A DNA stretch of 64,000 bases from Thermodesulfobacteriota bacterium (GTDB taxonomy: Bacteria; Desulfobacterota_D; UBA1144; Nemesobacterales; UBA2774), in contig OZ244991.1 of the NCBI GenBank assembly GCA_965223335.1, positions 1 through 64,000 of the forward strand. Direction: 5' to 3'. Made by a program: the position numbers and the translations under genes. Shown here one piece after another: positions 36,150-46,503 of the stretch; the stretch's first letter is position 1; every line of letters starts with the position of its first letter. Under the pieces are notes generated by a model. It was not told where the DNA came from and did no database searches. It saw only the letters and a list, made by a program, of their open reading frames with translations.

Positions 36150-36707
36150 TTAAATCTTCTCCACTTGGTTAAAATCAAGTTCAATTGGAGTCGTTCTACC
36201 GAAAATAGTAACCAGCACCTGCACCTTGGCCTTCTCCTGCTTCACCTCTTCTATGGTGCCGGAGAAGTTTGCAAACGGGCCCTCTATGACCTTTACGGTC
36301 TCTCCCTTCTCAAAAGTAATTTTCGGTTTCGGCTTTAACGTCCCCTCTTGGATCTGCTGCTTAATCTTATCGACCTCCTGCTGCTGTACATCGGGCACAG
36401 AGTCGGGGTCTATTTTACCGTCTTTTAGTTTCCCTCCGACAAACCCTATTACCTTAGGTATGTTTCTGATGAAATGCCAGCTCTGGTCGTTAAGATCCAT
36501 GTTAATCAGTATATAGCCCGGGAAAAACTTTCTTACAGATGTTTTCTTTTTCCCGCCTTTAACCGGCTCCACAATAGTCTCTGTGGGTATCAACACCTCT
36601 TTTATTAAATCGAAACAGCCCTCTTTTTTAACTGTATCTTCGATATAAGTCTTTACCCGGTCTTCAAACCCGGTATTAGTGTGAACTACATACCACCTGG
36701 TTGCCAT
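36150..36707 (-). CDS. nusG: transcription termination/antitermination factor NusG
   Basis: 'WYVVHT', 'FPGYIL', KOW 'GPFANFSG', 'IFGRTTP'. Confidence 0.97.
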   Translation of the reverse strand: MATRWYVVHTNTGFEDRVKTYIEDTVKKEGCFDLIKEVLIPTETIVEPVKGGKKKTSVRKFFPGYILINMDLNDQSWHFIRNIPKVIGFVGGKLKDGKIDPDSVPDVQQQEVDKIKQQIQEGTLKPKPKITFEKGETVKVIEGPFANFSGTIEEVKQEKAKVQVLVTIFGRTTPIELDFNQVEKI

Positions 36708-36729
36708 ATGAATATTATTACTCCGTGCG

Positions 36730-36933
36730 TTAACTTAGTATAAATCTGACCAATAATGAGAATAGATAATCCACTCCGCCCAAAAATGCCGCGAACACTA
36801 CAGATATCACAATCACAGCCATCGTAGACTTTACTGTTTCGTCCTTAGACGGCCAGGTTATTCGCTTTACCTCAAGCTCAACATCTTTGGCAAATTGAGA
36901 AGTATCGGCTGTAATATCTTTTATCTTTTCCAT
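36730..36933 (-). CDS. secE: preprotein translocase subunit SecE
   Basis: 'EVKRITWPS', single TM, canonical position. Confidence 0.93.
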   Translation of the reverse strand: MEKIKDITADTSQFAKDVELEVKRITWPSKDETVKSTMAVIVISVVFAAFLGGVDYLFSLLVRFILS

Positions 36934-36949
36934 GGTAGTTATCCGTATG

Positions 36950-37023
36950 CAGGGCAGGAGGGAATCGAACCCCCAACCGCTGGATTTGGAGTCCAGTGCT
37001 CTCCCTAATTGAGCTACTGCCCT
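36950..37023 (-). tRNA. tRNA-Trp(CCA), 3' CCA not encoded
   Basis: AGGGCAGTAGCTCAATTAGGGAGAGCACTGGACT-CCA-AATCCAGCGGTTGGGGGTTCGATTCCCTCCTGCCCTG. Confidence 0.96.
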
Positions 37024-37043
37024 ATCCAGAAATGTTCAAAGTT

Positions 37044-37202
37044 CTACTTTGTCTCCTTATGCGCCGTGTGGCGTTTACACCATTTACAGTACTTATTAAA
37101 CTCGAATTTATCGCGATGGTTCTGCTTGTTTTTCGTGGTCGAGTAGTTGCGTCTCTTACACTCGCTGCATGCCAATGTTACCAATACTGTGTTATCTCCC
37201 AT
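37044..37202 (-). CDS. rpmG: 50S ribosomal protein L33 (Zn-ribbon form); not in the ORF track
   Basis: Translated by hand: [60 protein letters not shown] overlaps the tuf stop. Confidence 0.95.
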   Translation of the reverse strand: MGDNTVLVTLACSECKRRNYSTTKNKQNHRDKFEFNKYCKWCKRHTAHKETK

Positions 37203-37209
37203 TGTCTCC

Positions 37210-38394
37210 TTACTCCACTATACTTGTTACTACACCTGCTCCCACTGTCCGGCCGCCCTCGCGGATAGCAAACCTCAACTGCTCTTCCATTGCCACCGGT
37301 GCTATCAACTCCACATCCATGTTGATATTGTCACCAGGCATAACCATCTCTACTCCCTCAGGCAGCACTATACTCCCTGTTACGTCCGTCGTCCTCAAAT
37401 AAAACTGCGGGCGGTAACCAGGGAAAAACGGCGTGTGCCTTCCCCCCTCTTCTTTCTTCAACACATATACCTCTGCCTTAAACTTCGTGTGTGGTGTGAT
37501 GCTTCCAGGGGCTGCCAATACCTGTCCCCTCTCCACTTCGTCCTTGCCTACTCCCCTAAGAAGCACTCCTACATTGTCTCCTGCTATAGCATCGTCTAGG
37601 ATCTTACGAAACATCTCTAGGCTCGTTGCCACGGTCTTTCGTGTCTCGCCAAAACCCACTATCTCCACCTCGTCTCCTGCAAGTATCTTCCCTCTCTCTA
37701 CTCTACCCGTTACCACTGTGCCTCTTCCCGAGATCGTAAACACATCCTCTATTGCCATCAAAAACGGCTTGTCCATCTCCCTTACGGGCTCTGGAACGTA
37801 CTCGTCCACTGCTTTCATAAGCTCGAGTATCTGCTCCTCTGCCCCAGCGTCCTCCTCAAGAGCCTTTAATGCACTTACCCTTACCACCGGCACATCGTCC
37901 CCGGGGAACCCGTACTGGCTCAACAGGTCTCTTACCTCTAGTTCCACCAGGTCTAATAGTTCTTCGTCGTCCATCATATCTACTTTATTTAGTGCTACCA
38001 CTATGTAGGGCACTCCTACCTGACGGGCAAGCAGTATGTGCTCTCGGGTCTGGGGCATCGGGCCGTCGGGAGCGCTTACCACTAGGATTGCTCCGTCCAT
38101 CTGTGCTGCTCCGGTGATCATGTTCTTTACATAGTCTGCGTGTCCCGGGCAGTCTACGTGCGCGTAGTGGCGGTTCTCTGTCTCGTACTCTACGTGGGCT
38201 ATATTAATTGTTATGCCGCGCTCTTTCTCTTCGGGGGCCTTGTCTATGTCCTCAAACTCCACAAACGCTGCACTCCCCGCTTTCTCCAGTACCTTCGTTA
38301 TTGCTGCGGTTAACGTGGTCTTACCATGGTCCACGTGTCCTACTGTCCCTATGTTTAGGTGCGGCTTCCCTCTCTCAAATCGCTCCTTTGACAT
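37210..38394 (-). CDS. tuf: elongation factor Tu
   Basis: 'GHVDHGKTT', '[15 protein letters not shown]', '[13 protein letters not shown]'. Confidence 0.99.
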   Translation of the reverse strand: MSKERFERGKPHLNIGTVGHVDHGKTTLTAAITKVLEKAGSAAFVEFEDIDKAPEEKERGITINIAHVEYETENRHYAHVDCPGHADYVKNMITGAAQMDGAILVVSAPDGPMPQTREHILLARQVGVPYIVVALNKVDMMDDEELLDLVELEVRDLLSQYGFPGDDVPVVRVSALKALEEDAGAEEQILELMKAVDEYVPEPVREMDKPFLMAIEDVFTISGRGTVVTGRVERGKILAGDEVEIVGFGETRKTVATSLEMFRKILDDAIAGDNVGVLLRGVGKDEVERGQVLAAPGSITPHTKFKAEVYVLKKEEGGRHTPFFPGYRPQFYLRTTDVTGSIVLPEGVEMVMPGDNINMDVELIAPVAMEEQLRFAIREGGRTVGAGVVTSIVE

Positions 38395-38442
38395 CGATTA
38401 CTACCTCCTTATTTTGTATACACATAGTATTTCTCGGCCCAA

Positions 38443-38518
38443 TGGAGCCCACGAGCGGACTTGAACCGCTGACCTCATCCTTACCAAGGATGTGCTCTAC
38501 CGACTGAGCTACGTGGGC
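38443..38518 (-). tRNA. tRNA-Thr(GGT)
   Basis: GCCCACGTAGCTCAGTCGGTAGAGCACATCCTT-GGT-AAGGATG...GTGGGCTCCA. Confidence 0.97.
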
Positions 38519-38528
38519 AATGTTGCTT

Positions 38529-38605
38529 TGGAGCGGGAGACGGGATTCGAACCCGCGACCCTCAGCTTGGAAGGCTGATGCTCTAGCCAACTGAGCTACT
38601 CCCGC
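38529..38605 (-). tRNA. tRNA-Gly(TCC)
   Basis: GCGGGAGTAGCTCAGTTGGCTAGAGCATCAGCCT-TCC-AAGCTGA...CCCGCTCCA. Confidence 0.97.
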
Positions 38606-38681
38606 AGAAAATAGGGTAAAGCAATCAACCGCCCAAATATTATTGCATTCATCGTGTGTATTGACCCCATAGTACTTGGCA

Positions 38682-38764
38682 TGGGGAGGGCAGGATTCGA
38701 ACCTACGTAGGCTTGCACCGGCAGATTTACAGTCTGCTGCTTTTGACCACTCAGCCACCTCCCC
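38682..38764 (-). tRNA. tRNA-Tyr(GTA), 3' CCA not encoded
   Basis: GGGGAGGTGGCTGAGTGGTCAAAAGCAGCAGACT-GTA-AATCTGC, long variable arm, ...CCTCCCCA. Confidence 0.96.
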
Positions 38765-38814
38765 GAACTTGGGATCATTTATTTCATGTGTATGTATATG
38801 CATTGTAAATGATC

Positions 38815-38890
38815 TGGAGCTGGCGAAGGGACTTGAACCCCCGACCTGCTGATTACAAATCAGCTGCTCTACCAACTGAGCTACGCCAGC
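38815..38890 (-). tRNA. tRNA-Thr(TGT)
   Basis: GCTGGCGTAGCTCAGTTGGTAGAGCAGCTGATT-TGT-AATCAGC...GCCAGCTCCA; classic Thr-Tyr-Gly-Thr-tuf arrangement. Confidence 0.97.
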
Positions 38891-38969
38891 CGTATGAAAT
38901 TATAGATACACCTTATGGCTTCTCCGTACACTCAAATTGGATATACCTCGCCTCTCTATGAAACGAGTA

Positions 38970-38998
38970 ATATTAACGATGAATACGTAGTTTGTCAA
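38970..38998 (-). promoter_or_regulatory. sigma70 promoter of the tRNA-tuf operon
   Basis: TTGACA-17 nt-TAATAT on the minus strand. Confidence 0.65.
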
Positions 38999-39029
38999 AT
39001 AGTTCTACAAAGAAAAAAGAACAATGATA

Positions 39030-39464
39030 TCAGTACAGAGAAACCATAATCTCGGCCTCGGCGACTTTGGAGTCACCCACATGGGCCTCGCCCTTAAACT
39101 GCATCACTCTCGACCGCTTTTTTACGAGACTCACAGACAGTATGAGCCTGTCCCCGGGCTCTACGGGTTTTCGGAATCTAACATTCTCAAGACCCATAAG
39201 ATACGCACCTTGTATGCCCTTGGACTGAAACTCCTCTTTATAAGAGGAGTTAATCAATACCCCGCCCGCCTGCGCTAAGGCTTCGGTAATTATAACACCC
39301 GGTACGATCGGGTACCCAGGGAAATGCCCTCGAAAGAAGTCCAGCTCAGGACCGAAAGTCTTTGCAGCCTTAATCCTCACCCCCTCTTCTATCTCGAGCA
39401 CTTCGTCTACGAATAAAAAAGGGGCACGGTGAGGTATAAGCTCTTTTATGCACTCTATATCCAT
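39030..39464 (-). CDS. fabZ: 3-hydroxyacyl-ACP dehydratase
   Basis: 'IPHRAPFLFVD', 'FFRGHFPGYPIVPGV..EALAQ', 'FRKPVEPGD'. Confidence 0.93.
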   Translation of the reverse strand: MDIECIKELIPHRAPFLFVDEVLEIEEGVRIKAAKTFGPELDFFRGHFPGYPIVPGVIITEALAQAGGVLINSSYKEEFQSKGIQGAYLMGLENVRFRKPVEPGDRLILSVSLVKKRSRVMQFKGEAHVGDSKVAEAEIMVSLY

Positions 39465-39495
39465 AAAGATTCAAATAATAGGTCTAATTTATGCC

Positions 39496-40008
39496 TTATT
39501 TCTTTGCATCATAGGCCTGGATTACCTTGGGAGTCACATCTATAGCGGTGTTAGCATACACAACCCCGCCCTCTGTCACCTCAACTATCATGGTATATCC
39601 ATCTGTCTGCCCTATGTTTTGCAGTATGCTTTCCAGGTCTTGTAGAATCTGCTGAGTGAGCTCAAGGTCCTTTCTCTGCAGGTCGTCTCTGAAATCCTGA
39701 CGGGTCCTGTTTAGGTCCTTGTCCAGTTTATCAATCTGCTCGGCTTTCTGTTTCCTTGTGGTGTCGTTCATCACAGGAGCGTTTTGTATAAAATCACGAC
39801 GAAGCGACTCCAACTGGCTCTGCTTGCTTTCAATAATCTGCTTTTTGCGCTGAAACTCGCTCTCGAAAGCCGATTTCGCAGCTTTGCCCGCCTTAGAATC
39901 CCTAATCACCCTCTGCAGATCTATCACACCCAGTTTTGTGGTACCCTGGGCATATGCAAATCCGCTCATCAATATCAGCACTCCCAGTGCCATAAACAAT
40001 GCTCTCAT
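39496..40008 (-). CDS. skp: periplasmic chaperone Skp/OmpH
   Basis: Signal peptide; 'KLGVIDLQRV', coiled coil, 'VVYA...DVT..VI'; follows bamA. Confidence 0.9.
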   Translation of the reverse strand: MRALFMALGVLILMSGFAYAQGTTKLGVIDLQRVIRDSKAGKAAKSAFESEFQRKKQIIESKQSQLESLRRDFIQNAPVMNDTTRKQKAEQIDKLDKDLNRTRQDFRDDLQRKDLELTQQILQDLESILQNIGQTDGYTMIVEVTEGGVVYANTAIDVTPKVIQAYDAKK

Positions 40009-40029
40009 TATTACTACCTCCTTCTTAAC

Positions 40030-42528
40030 TTAGAATAATGTTCCTACAGTAAACTGTATTTCAAACGATTTTTCATCCGGCAGTCTGTCTCCTATTGGGA
40101 ACCCAACCTCAAGGCGAAGCGGTCCGAGCGGCGATAGCCATCTCATCCCCACACCCCAGTCCTTACGCAGATCCGCAGGATTAAACGTCAACTTCTCACC
40201 ATCATTAAACGAGTTACCAATATCAAAGAAGATCACTCCTTTTAGCCCAACCGAAGGTATGATCGGAAATATGTAGTCTACAGAAAACAGCAGTTCCTGC
40301 ACACCACCGATAATAACAAAACCTCCGTCTTCGGTAGGCACCCTAGGGCCGACCCTCCTAAAACCGAACCCACGCAGTGTATTGGGACCGCCTAGGAAAA
40401 ACCTTTCCCCTACCACTAGATCGTTCCCTACGTTACGAAAATCTATAACACCGTACCGCACGCGTGGTGTAATCACCGTACCGAACCATAGCGGGAACCA
40501 CGATCTTGAAGATAAAGTATATTTAAGAAAATCCGTATTTCCACCCAAAGGCCCGCCCGCGTACTCAATTGCCGTTCTGGTCAGGTTTCCCTTGGTCGGG
40601 TCCAGCAGATTGTTTCTCGAATCCCAACGGAGCCCCGCACTCAGACTGCTTATAGTACGTTTAGAGCGAGTTAGGATAAGCCTTGCGTCCTGGTCAATGT
40701 TACCGATTTTAAGGTCCTCAAGCCTGTATGTAAGCGTGCCGTATAACTGCCTCCAGATCCTACGCCCGAGCGTTATACTCCCTCCAAACGACTCCCTGTC
40801 AAAATCCCTAAACCTTCTATCTGTCCTAAAAATCACCGCATCCAGCGACCAGTCCGTATCCAAAAAATTAGGGTCCTGATAATTAATAAAAAACAACTGC
40901 GTTACTCCGCCTATTTGAGCGTTAAGCGAGAGCCGCTTACCATATCCAAAGAGGTTTGCCTCCTGGATCTGGCCGGCGAAAATAAATGTCTCTACCGAGC
41001 TAAAACCACCTGCCACGCTGAAAAACCCTGTGGACTTTTCATCCACTTTCACCTTCAGGTCGAGCTGGTCCTCTGTGCCCGGGACCCGCTCATTCGCTAC
41101 CTCTACGTTTTCCTCAAAGAACCCGAGCCTTGTAACACGGGCCTTAATAGACTCGACTGCAGAAGCATTATAGAGCCTTTGCTCTTGGATTGGGATCTCT
41201 CTTCTTATTACTTTGTCACGAGTACGTTTGTTGCCTACAATATCGATTCTTCTTATATAGACCTCGGGCCCCTTCTCAATGTTAAATGCGATGTCCACAG
41301 TTTTATTAGGCCTATCGACATTAAACCCGGGCTCCACGTTTGCAAATGCATAACCCTTGTCCCCGTAAAAGGTTGTAAGTCGTGCAATATCCCTTGCCAA
41401 CTGGCCTCCGCTGAATATCTCCCCCGACTCTAAACCCAACAGCTCGTCCAGTTCCTCTACAGGCACTATGATATCGCCAGAGTATGTAATGGTTGATATG
41501 GTAAACTGGTTACCCTCTTCTATCCTAAACGTGACGATATAACCGTCTTTATCCTCGCTATAGACGACTTCGGGTTTGCTCACTTTTGCATCCAGATAAC
41601 CGTTATCGATATATATAGTTCTAATACGTTCAGAGTCGCGATTTATCTCTTCGAGGTTATATAGCCCCTTTTTCGTAATAAACGATAAGAACCCCTTAGT
41701 CTTTGAATATAGGCCTTTTTTAATCTTTTTGGCTTTCAGGTTATCGTTGCCGTCAAATACCACTTCTTCTATAAAGGCTCTTTTTCCTTCACTGATATCA
41801 AATGTTACTCCTACTGTGCCTTCCCCCTCGGGTTCTATCTCAAAGCTTATCTCTGTGCCGACAAATCCCTCTGTGGAATAGAGGTTCTTAATTGCATCCT
41901 CGCTCTGCTTTACCTTATCGAGCTCAATTATCCTGCCCTCTTTTAGTGTTACTACCTCGAGTATTTTATCGCTCTTTACATCTTTGTTGCCCCTCACACG
42001 CAGATCTACCAATACCGGTTTTTCTTTCACCTCATAGATGAGCACCACACCCTCTGGGGTCCTATCTATCTTAGCAGTCACGTCCTCAAAGTAGCCTAGT
42101 TTAAATATGGTTTTGACGTCGGTCCTAACGGTCTGTGTGGAGAGCTCCTGGCCGACTTTGGAAGAGAGGTTTATTTCGATCAGCTCTTTTTCAATACGTC
42201 GGTTGCCCTCAACCTTTACTTCTATAATCGTATCGTTTTGGTCAACCCCAGGTGGGTCACCTTCCTCTACTACCTGCTCCCCTGTAGGACCGGGGTCATA
42301 GGGTGCGCCCTCGGGGGGGCCGCTTAAAATACTTTCATCCTCGGCCTCGGAAGGCTCAGACTCGGTTCCCGTTTCCTTGGTCTCGGACTCGTTGCCTATC
42401 TCATCCCAAACTTCTGAGTCAGACTTTGAATCCTGTCCGTAACCCTGGATAGACCCGACACAAAGAAGTAATGCAACTAGAATTAGTAATGGGGTAAATA
42501 TTCCCTTTTTCTTTTTATATGTTTCCAT
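40030..42528 (-). CDS. bamA: outer-membrane protein assembly factor BamA
   Basis: POTRA repeats 'GN.RTRDKVIRRE', 'LGG..TLRGF', 'WLSPLGPLRL', terminal F. Confidence 0.95.
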   Translation of the reverse strand: METYKKKKGIFTPLLILVALLLCVGSIQGYGQDSKSDSEVWDEIGNESETKETGTESEPSEAEDESILSGPPEGAPYDPGPTGEQVVEEGDPPGVDQNDTIIEVKVEGNRRIEKELIEINLSSKVGQELSTQTVRTDVKTIFKLGYFEDVTAKIDRTPEGVVLIYEVKEKPVLVDLRVRGNKDVKSDKILEVVTLKEGRIIELDKVKQSEDAIKNLYSTEGFVGTEISFEIEPEGEGTVGVTFDISEGKRAFIEEVVFDGNDNLKAKKIKKGLYSKTKGFLSFITKKGLYNLEEINRDSERIRTIYIDNGYLDAKVSKPEVVYSEDKDGYIVTFRIEEGNQFTISTITYSGDIIVPVEELDELLGLESGEIFSGGQLARDIARLTTFYGDKGYAFANVEPGFNVDRPNKTVDIAFNIEKGPEVYIRRIDIVGNKRTRDKVIRREIPIQEQRLYNASAVESIKARVTRLGFFEENVEVANERVPGTEDQLDLKVKVDEKSTGFFSVAGGFSSVETFIFAGQIQEANLFGYGKRLSLNAQIGGVTQLFFINYQDPNFLDTDWSLDAVIFRTDRRFRDFDRESFGGSITLGRRIWRQLYGTLTYRLEDLKIGNIDQDARLILTRSKRTISSLSAGLRWDSRNNLLDPTKGNLTRTAIEYAGGPLGGNTDFLKYTLSSRSWFPLWFGTVITPRVRYGVIDFRNVGNDLVVGERFFLGGPNTLRGFGFRRVGPRVPTEDGGFVIIGGVQELLFSVDYIFPIIPSVGLKGVIFFDIGNSFNDGEKLTFNPADLRKDWGVGMRWLSPLGPLRLEVGFPIGDRLPDEKSFEIQFTVGTLF

Positions 42529-43192
42529 CTACTATAGAGCCGTCTTGCAAACGTATCCTTTTATTAAGCTTTTGTGCTATCTCGGGGTTATGTGTAACCA
42601 GCAGAGATGTTATTCCATCCTCTTCGTTGAGCATTAAAAACAGATCAAGAATAGTCGATCCTGTCTCTAAATCCAAATTTCCTGTGGGTTCATCCGCTAA
42701 AATCACCTGCGGTCTAAGGACCACAGCCCTCGCGATTGCTACGCGTTGCTGCTCTCCTCCCGAGAGTTCCCCAGGCCGATGTGTAAGACGCTCGGCAAGC
42801 CCCACACGTGTTAACATGTCCTCCGCTTTCTCTCGTGCCTCTTCTTGCGATATGCCCTGTATCAAGCAGGGGAGCATCACATTTTCAAGTGCGCTAAACT
42901 CCGTCATCAGATAATGGAACTGAAACACAAAACCAATCTCTTTATTTCTAAACATGGACAGTTCCTTATCCGTACCCTTAAAAACATCTTCACCCTCAAA
43001 TAGAACCTCTCCCGAAGACGGGCGGTCAAGTGTACCCAGAATGTGGAGCAGAGTGCTTTTGCCCGACCCCGACACTCCTACAACCGCTATCGTATCTCCC
43101 TTATGTATATCGAGATCAATACCTCTAAGAGCCTCTACCTTCCCTCCATCCGTCTCAAATACCTTCCATAAACCTCTTACACTAATCTCCAT
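42515..43192 (-). CDS. lolD: lipoprotein-releasing ABC transporter ATPase
   Basis: Walker A GVSGSGKST, 'GFVFQFHYL', 'LSGGEQQR', 'DEPTGNLD'. Confidence 0.92.
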   Translation of the reverse strand: MEISVRGLWKVFETDGGKVEALRGIDLDIHKGDTIAVVGVSGSGKSTLLHILGTLDRPSSGEVLFEGEDVFKGTDKELSMFRNKEIGFVFQFHYLMTEFSALENVMLPCLIQGISQEEAREKAEDMLTRVGLAERLTHRPGELSGGEQQRVAIARAVVLRPQVILADEPTGNLDLETGSTILDLFLMLNEEDGITSLLVTHNPEIAQKLNKRIRLQDGSIVDGNI

Positions 43193-43199
43193 ACCTTAC

Positions 43200-44498
43200 T
43201 TACTCATACCTTAATGCCTCAATAGGATCCTTCCTAGACGCCTGATACGACGGGTATAACGTCGCAAAAAAACAGATCAGCAAGGTGCACACAGCTACCG
43301 TCACAAAATAAATCGGTTCAATTTTAACCGGAAACTCGGAAATAGGATAGACATTATCATCAAAGGGGATCAACCCCCTTATCGATTCATTGGTTTTTAG
43401 TAGATAACAGATGCCAAATCCCGCAATAGTCCCTAAAATAGTGCCAATTGTTCCTATTACCATCCCATCTGCAACAAAGATCTTTAGTATACCATTGCGA
43501 GTAGCACCCATTGCCCTCAGTATCGCTATGTCCCTGCCTTTCTCCATCACAACCATGGTAAGGGTACTGACAATATCGAGCGCCGCCACCAAGATTATGA
43601 AACCGAGGAATATTGCTATTGCAATCCGCTCGAGTTGAAGAGCTTTAAACAGGCTTTTGTTAACATCCTCCCAGTTCCGAGTATAGTACGGAAACCCAAG
43701 CACTGTACCTATCTCGTTACCTACCTTTCTTGAGCTGTATATATCGTTTAGTTTAATCTCTACTCCTGTGACCTTATCCTCCATATCAAAAAACCCCATT
43801 GCATCGTCGAGGTTGAGATACGATATAGTCGAGTCATACTCGATCATGCCGTAGTCAAATATCCCGATTACCTCGTATTTTTTGACCTTGGCCGTGGGGC
43901 CAAACGGACCCATCTTGCCAAATGGGGAGACCAGGTTGACCAGATCACCTTCCAGGACCCCAAGCGTTCCCGCAAGCTCTTTCCCCACAAGTATAGGGGG
44001 TTTTCCTGTGCTTGTTTCTTTATCGAGTTTTATTAAGACCTCACGCCCCAGGTCTTTCAGTTTTTCGCCTTTAAGCTTGCTCGTTTTCCCCACTGCACCC
44101 CGCCCTATTGCCTGTTCAATAGTTGTCACGGTACCGGCTGTCTCGGTGTCAACCCCTCTAACCACAGTACCCGACACCCCTGTCTCGCTCGCAAGCATAG
44201 ACTGGCCGTAAATAAAGGGGCTAGCCCCAGCTACTTCCGGGTTCTCGAGCACCTTATCCCTTAGGCTCTCAAAATCGGATACAGGCCCGTCGTAGCTCAA
44301 CACCACCAGGTGCGAACTCACTCCCAGTATTTTTTCTCTCAGCTCCTCCTCAAACCCTCCCATCACTGCAATCACGACGTTTAGCGCCATCACGCCTATA
44401 AACACCCCTAACACCGAGATGAACCCGATTATCGAGGTAAACTTCTGCTTACGCCTCGAGCTTAAGTATCTGAGTCCTATAAATAGTTCGTATTTCAT
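43200..44498 (-). CDS. lipoprotein-releasing ABC transporter permease LolC/E
   Basis: 'FIGLRYL', 'AVMGGFE', 'IAILRAMGA', '[16 protein letters not shown]'. Confidence 0.92.
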   Translation of the reverse strand: MKYELFIGLRYLSSRRKQKFTSIIGFISVLGVFIGVMALNVVIAVMGGFEEELREKILGVSSHLVVLSYDGPVSDFESLRDKVLENPEVAGASPFIYGQSMLASETGVSGTVVRGVDTETAGTVTTIEQAIGRGAVGKTSKLKGEKLKDLGREVLIKLDKETSTGKPPILVGKELAGTLGVLEGDLVNLVSPFGKMGPFGPTAKVKKYEVIGIFDYGMIEYDSTISYLNLDDAMGFFDMEDKVTGVEIKLNDIYSSRKVGNEIGTVLGFPYYTRNWEDVNKSLFKALQLERIAIAIFLGFIILVAALDIVSTLTMVVMEKGRDIAILRAMGATRNGILKIFVADGMVIGTIGTILGTIAGFGICYLLKTNESIRGLIPFDDNVYPISEFPVKIEPIYFVTVAVCTLLICFFATLYPSYQASRKDPIEALRYE

Positions 44499-45958
44499 TC
44501 GGGTCTTAGATGAGGAAAAAAGATAACCTCTCTTATAGAAGGAGAGTTGGTAAAGAGCATCACAAGCCTGTCAATGCCGATCCCTGCGCCTGCCGTCGGC
44601 GGCATACCGTGCTCGAGTGCCCTAACAAAATCTATGTCCATCTCGTGGTACTCTTCCTCACCCTTGTCTTTTAGTTCAAGCTGGCGCTGAAACCTCTGTT
44701 TTTGATCTATGGGATCGTTTAATTCAGAGAACGCGTTTGCAATCTCACGCCCGTAAATATAGAGCTCGAAGCGGTCTGTGATCTCGCCGTTAGTCTCACT
44801 TTTCCTAGCAAGCGGCGAGACATCCAGCGGAAACCCGTACACAAAGGTCGGGTTCATAAGGTTATCCCCCACCAAGTGCTCAAAGAGCTCAGTGATCGCC
44901 TTGCCCTTTATGCCCTTGTGGTCGATCCCAAGTGAGGTTGCTTTATCAAATAGAGCCTTATCGTCCCCTGTGATTTCGGGGCCCAACTCTTTTTCTAAAG
45001 TCGCTGTAATATCCATTCGTTGCCAGGGCCTGTTAAAATCAAGCACCTTGTCGCCGTACTCAATGGTAAGCGAGCCAGTCAACTCCATCGCCAAATAACA
45101 TATCAGCTCCTCTACAAGATCCATCAGGTCTAGATAAGTGGCGTAGGACTGATAAAGCTCCATCATAGTGAACTCGGGGTTATGCTGTGTGGACACCCCT
45201 TCGTTACGAAATGTCCTGCCTATCTCATACACCCTCTCTATCCCCCCCACTACTAGTCTCTTTAAGTAGAGCTCAGGAGCGATTCTAAGATATAATTCCA
45301 TATCAAGTACGTTATGATGGGTCTTAAAAGGCTTTGCCGTAGCACCCCCGGCTATGGGATGTAGTATCGGGGTCTCCACCTCTACAAACTCCCTAGTGTC
45401 CATAAAGTCCCTGGTCAACTTAATGAGCCTGCTGCGTGTAAGAAAGATCCGCTTTATGTCGGGGTTCGATATAAGGTCCAGGTAACGCTGCCTGTAGCGG
45501 GCCTCTACGTCTTTTAACCCGTGCCACTTTTCGGGCAGGGGGTGTAGTGTTTTTGTAAGCAGGCTAAATTCTTTAACGCTCACAGTGAGTTCTCCTGTTT
45601 TTGTCTTAAACAGGTCCCCCGAAATACCTATAAAATCGCCCAGGTCGACATATTTTTTAAATAGCTTGGTGCTCTCATCACCCGCAACATCTTTACGGAT
45701 GTAACCTTGGATTTTCCCGCTACGGTCCTGGATGTGAAAAAAGAGACTCTTGCCAAAATCCCTAAGCGACACAACCCTGCCCGCTAGGCTAAAATCCTCG
45801 CCCCGAGTCTCTAGCTCTTCTTTTGAGAGCTGGTCGTATTGCTCATGCAGTTCCTGGGAAAGTGCCGAGGGCACATAACCGTTTGCATAGGGGTTGACAC
45901 CAAGCTCTAAAAGCGCCTCTAACTTTGCTTTCCTCTGATCGTATTGTTCATTTTCCAC
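44495..45958 (-). CDS. lysS: lysine--tRNA ligase (class II)
   Basis: 'RYRQRYLDL', '[12 protein letters not shown]', 'FRNEG', 'GMPPTAG.GIGIDRL'; GTG start. Confidence 0.98.
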   Translation of the reverse strand: MENEQYDQRKAKLEALLELGVNPYANGYVPSALSQELHEQYDQLSKEELETRGEDFSLAGRVVSLRDFGKSLFFHIQDRSGKIQGYIRKDVAGDESTKLFKKYVDLGDFIGISGDLFKTKTGELTVSVKEFSLLTKTLHPLPEKWHGLKDVEARYRQRYLDLISNPDIKRIFLTRSRLIKLTRDFMDTREFVEVETPILHPIAGGATAKPFKTHHNVLDMELYLRIAPELYLKRLVVGGIERVYEIGRTFRNEGVSTQHNPEFTMMELYQSYATYLDLMDLVEELICYLAMELTGSLTIEYGDKVLDFNRPWQRMDITATLEKELGPEITGDDKALFDKATSLGIDHKGIKGKAITELFEHLVGDNLMNPTFVYGFPLDVSPLARKSETNGEITDRFELYIYGREIANAFSELNDPIDQKQRFQRQLELKDKGEEEYHEMDIDFVRALEHGMPPTAGAGIGIDRLVMLFTNSPSIREVIFFPHLRPE

Positions 45959-46045
45959 GGCTGGTACTGTCCTGTTTTATGGTTTTATAGATATTAAATT
46001 GTCGGTTGATTATCCGGTATTTACGGTTTGATATCTTGTTAATTT

Positions 46046-46456
46046 TTATAACCTTTTATCTTGGTCAAGAATAATATACGTTGCTATGGCCTTGGCTACA
46101 AGTTTATTTTCGTTATACAAATCCACTTCCCCGGGCACTATCCTTCCCCTACGCAAGAGCTTTGCTCGAGCCTCTACCGTACCTGAGCTCACAGGTGCCA
46201 AATAGTTAATCTTCATCTCGATAGTCACAAACTGTTTTTCCTTGCCCTCCACCGCTCCTATCGCATATGCCACTGCCGCGTCAGCCAATGCAAACAACGC
46301 CCCTCCGTGCATAATCCCAAAGGGCTGCTTCATCTGCTCTGTAAACGGCATGCTCAACCAAGAGGTACCACCGCCGCACTCAAGCACCTCCATCTTATGA
46401 AACAGGCAGTAGGGTGGCATGGGAAATGGGAGATCCAGTGGACTGTTTTCAGACAT
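46046..46456 (-). CDS. PaaI-family hotdog thioesterase
   Basis: 'GIMHGGALFALADAA', 'TIEMKINYLAP'. Confidence 0.88.
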   Translation of the reverse strand: MSENSPLDLPFPMPPYCLFHKMEVLECGGGTSWLSMPFTEQMKQPFGIMHGGALFALADAAVAYAIGAVEGKEKQFVTIEMKINYLAPVSSGTVEARAKLLRRGRIVPGEVDLYNENKLVAKAIATYIILDQDKRL

Positions 46457-46503
46457 ATTCTCTCACCTCATGTTTATATCTCATAAAAAAACGAACCTGT
46501 GCA

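Noticed and set aside
38375..38875. 166-aa ORF (and other short ORFs) spanning the tRNA cluster
   Set aside because: Translation artefact of four tRNA genes.
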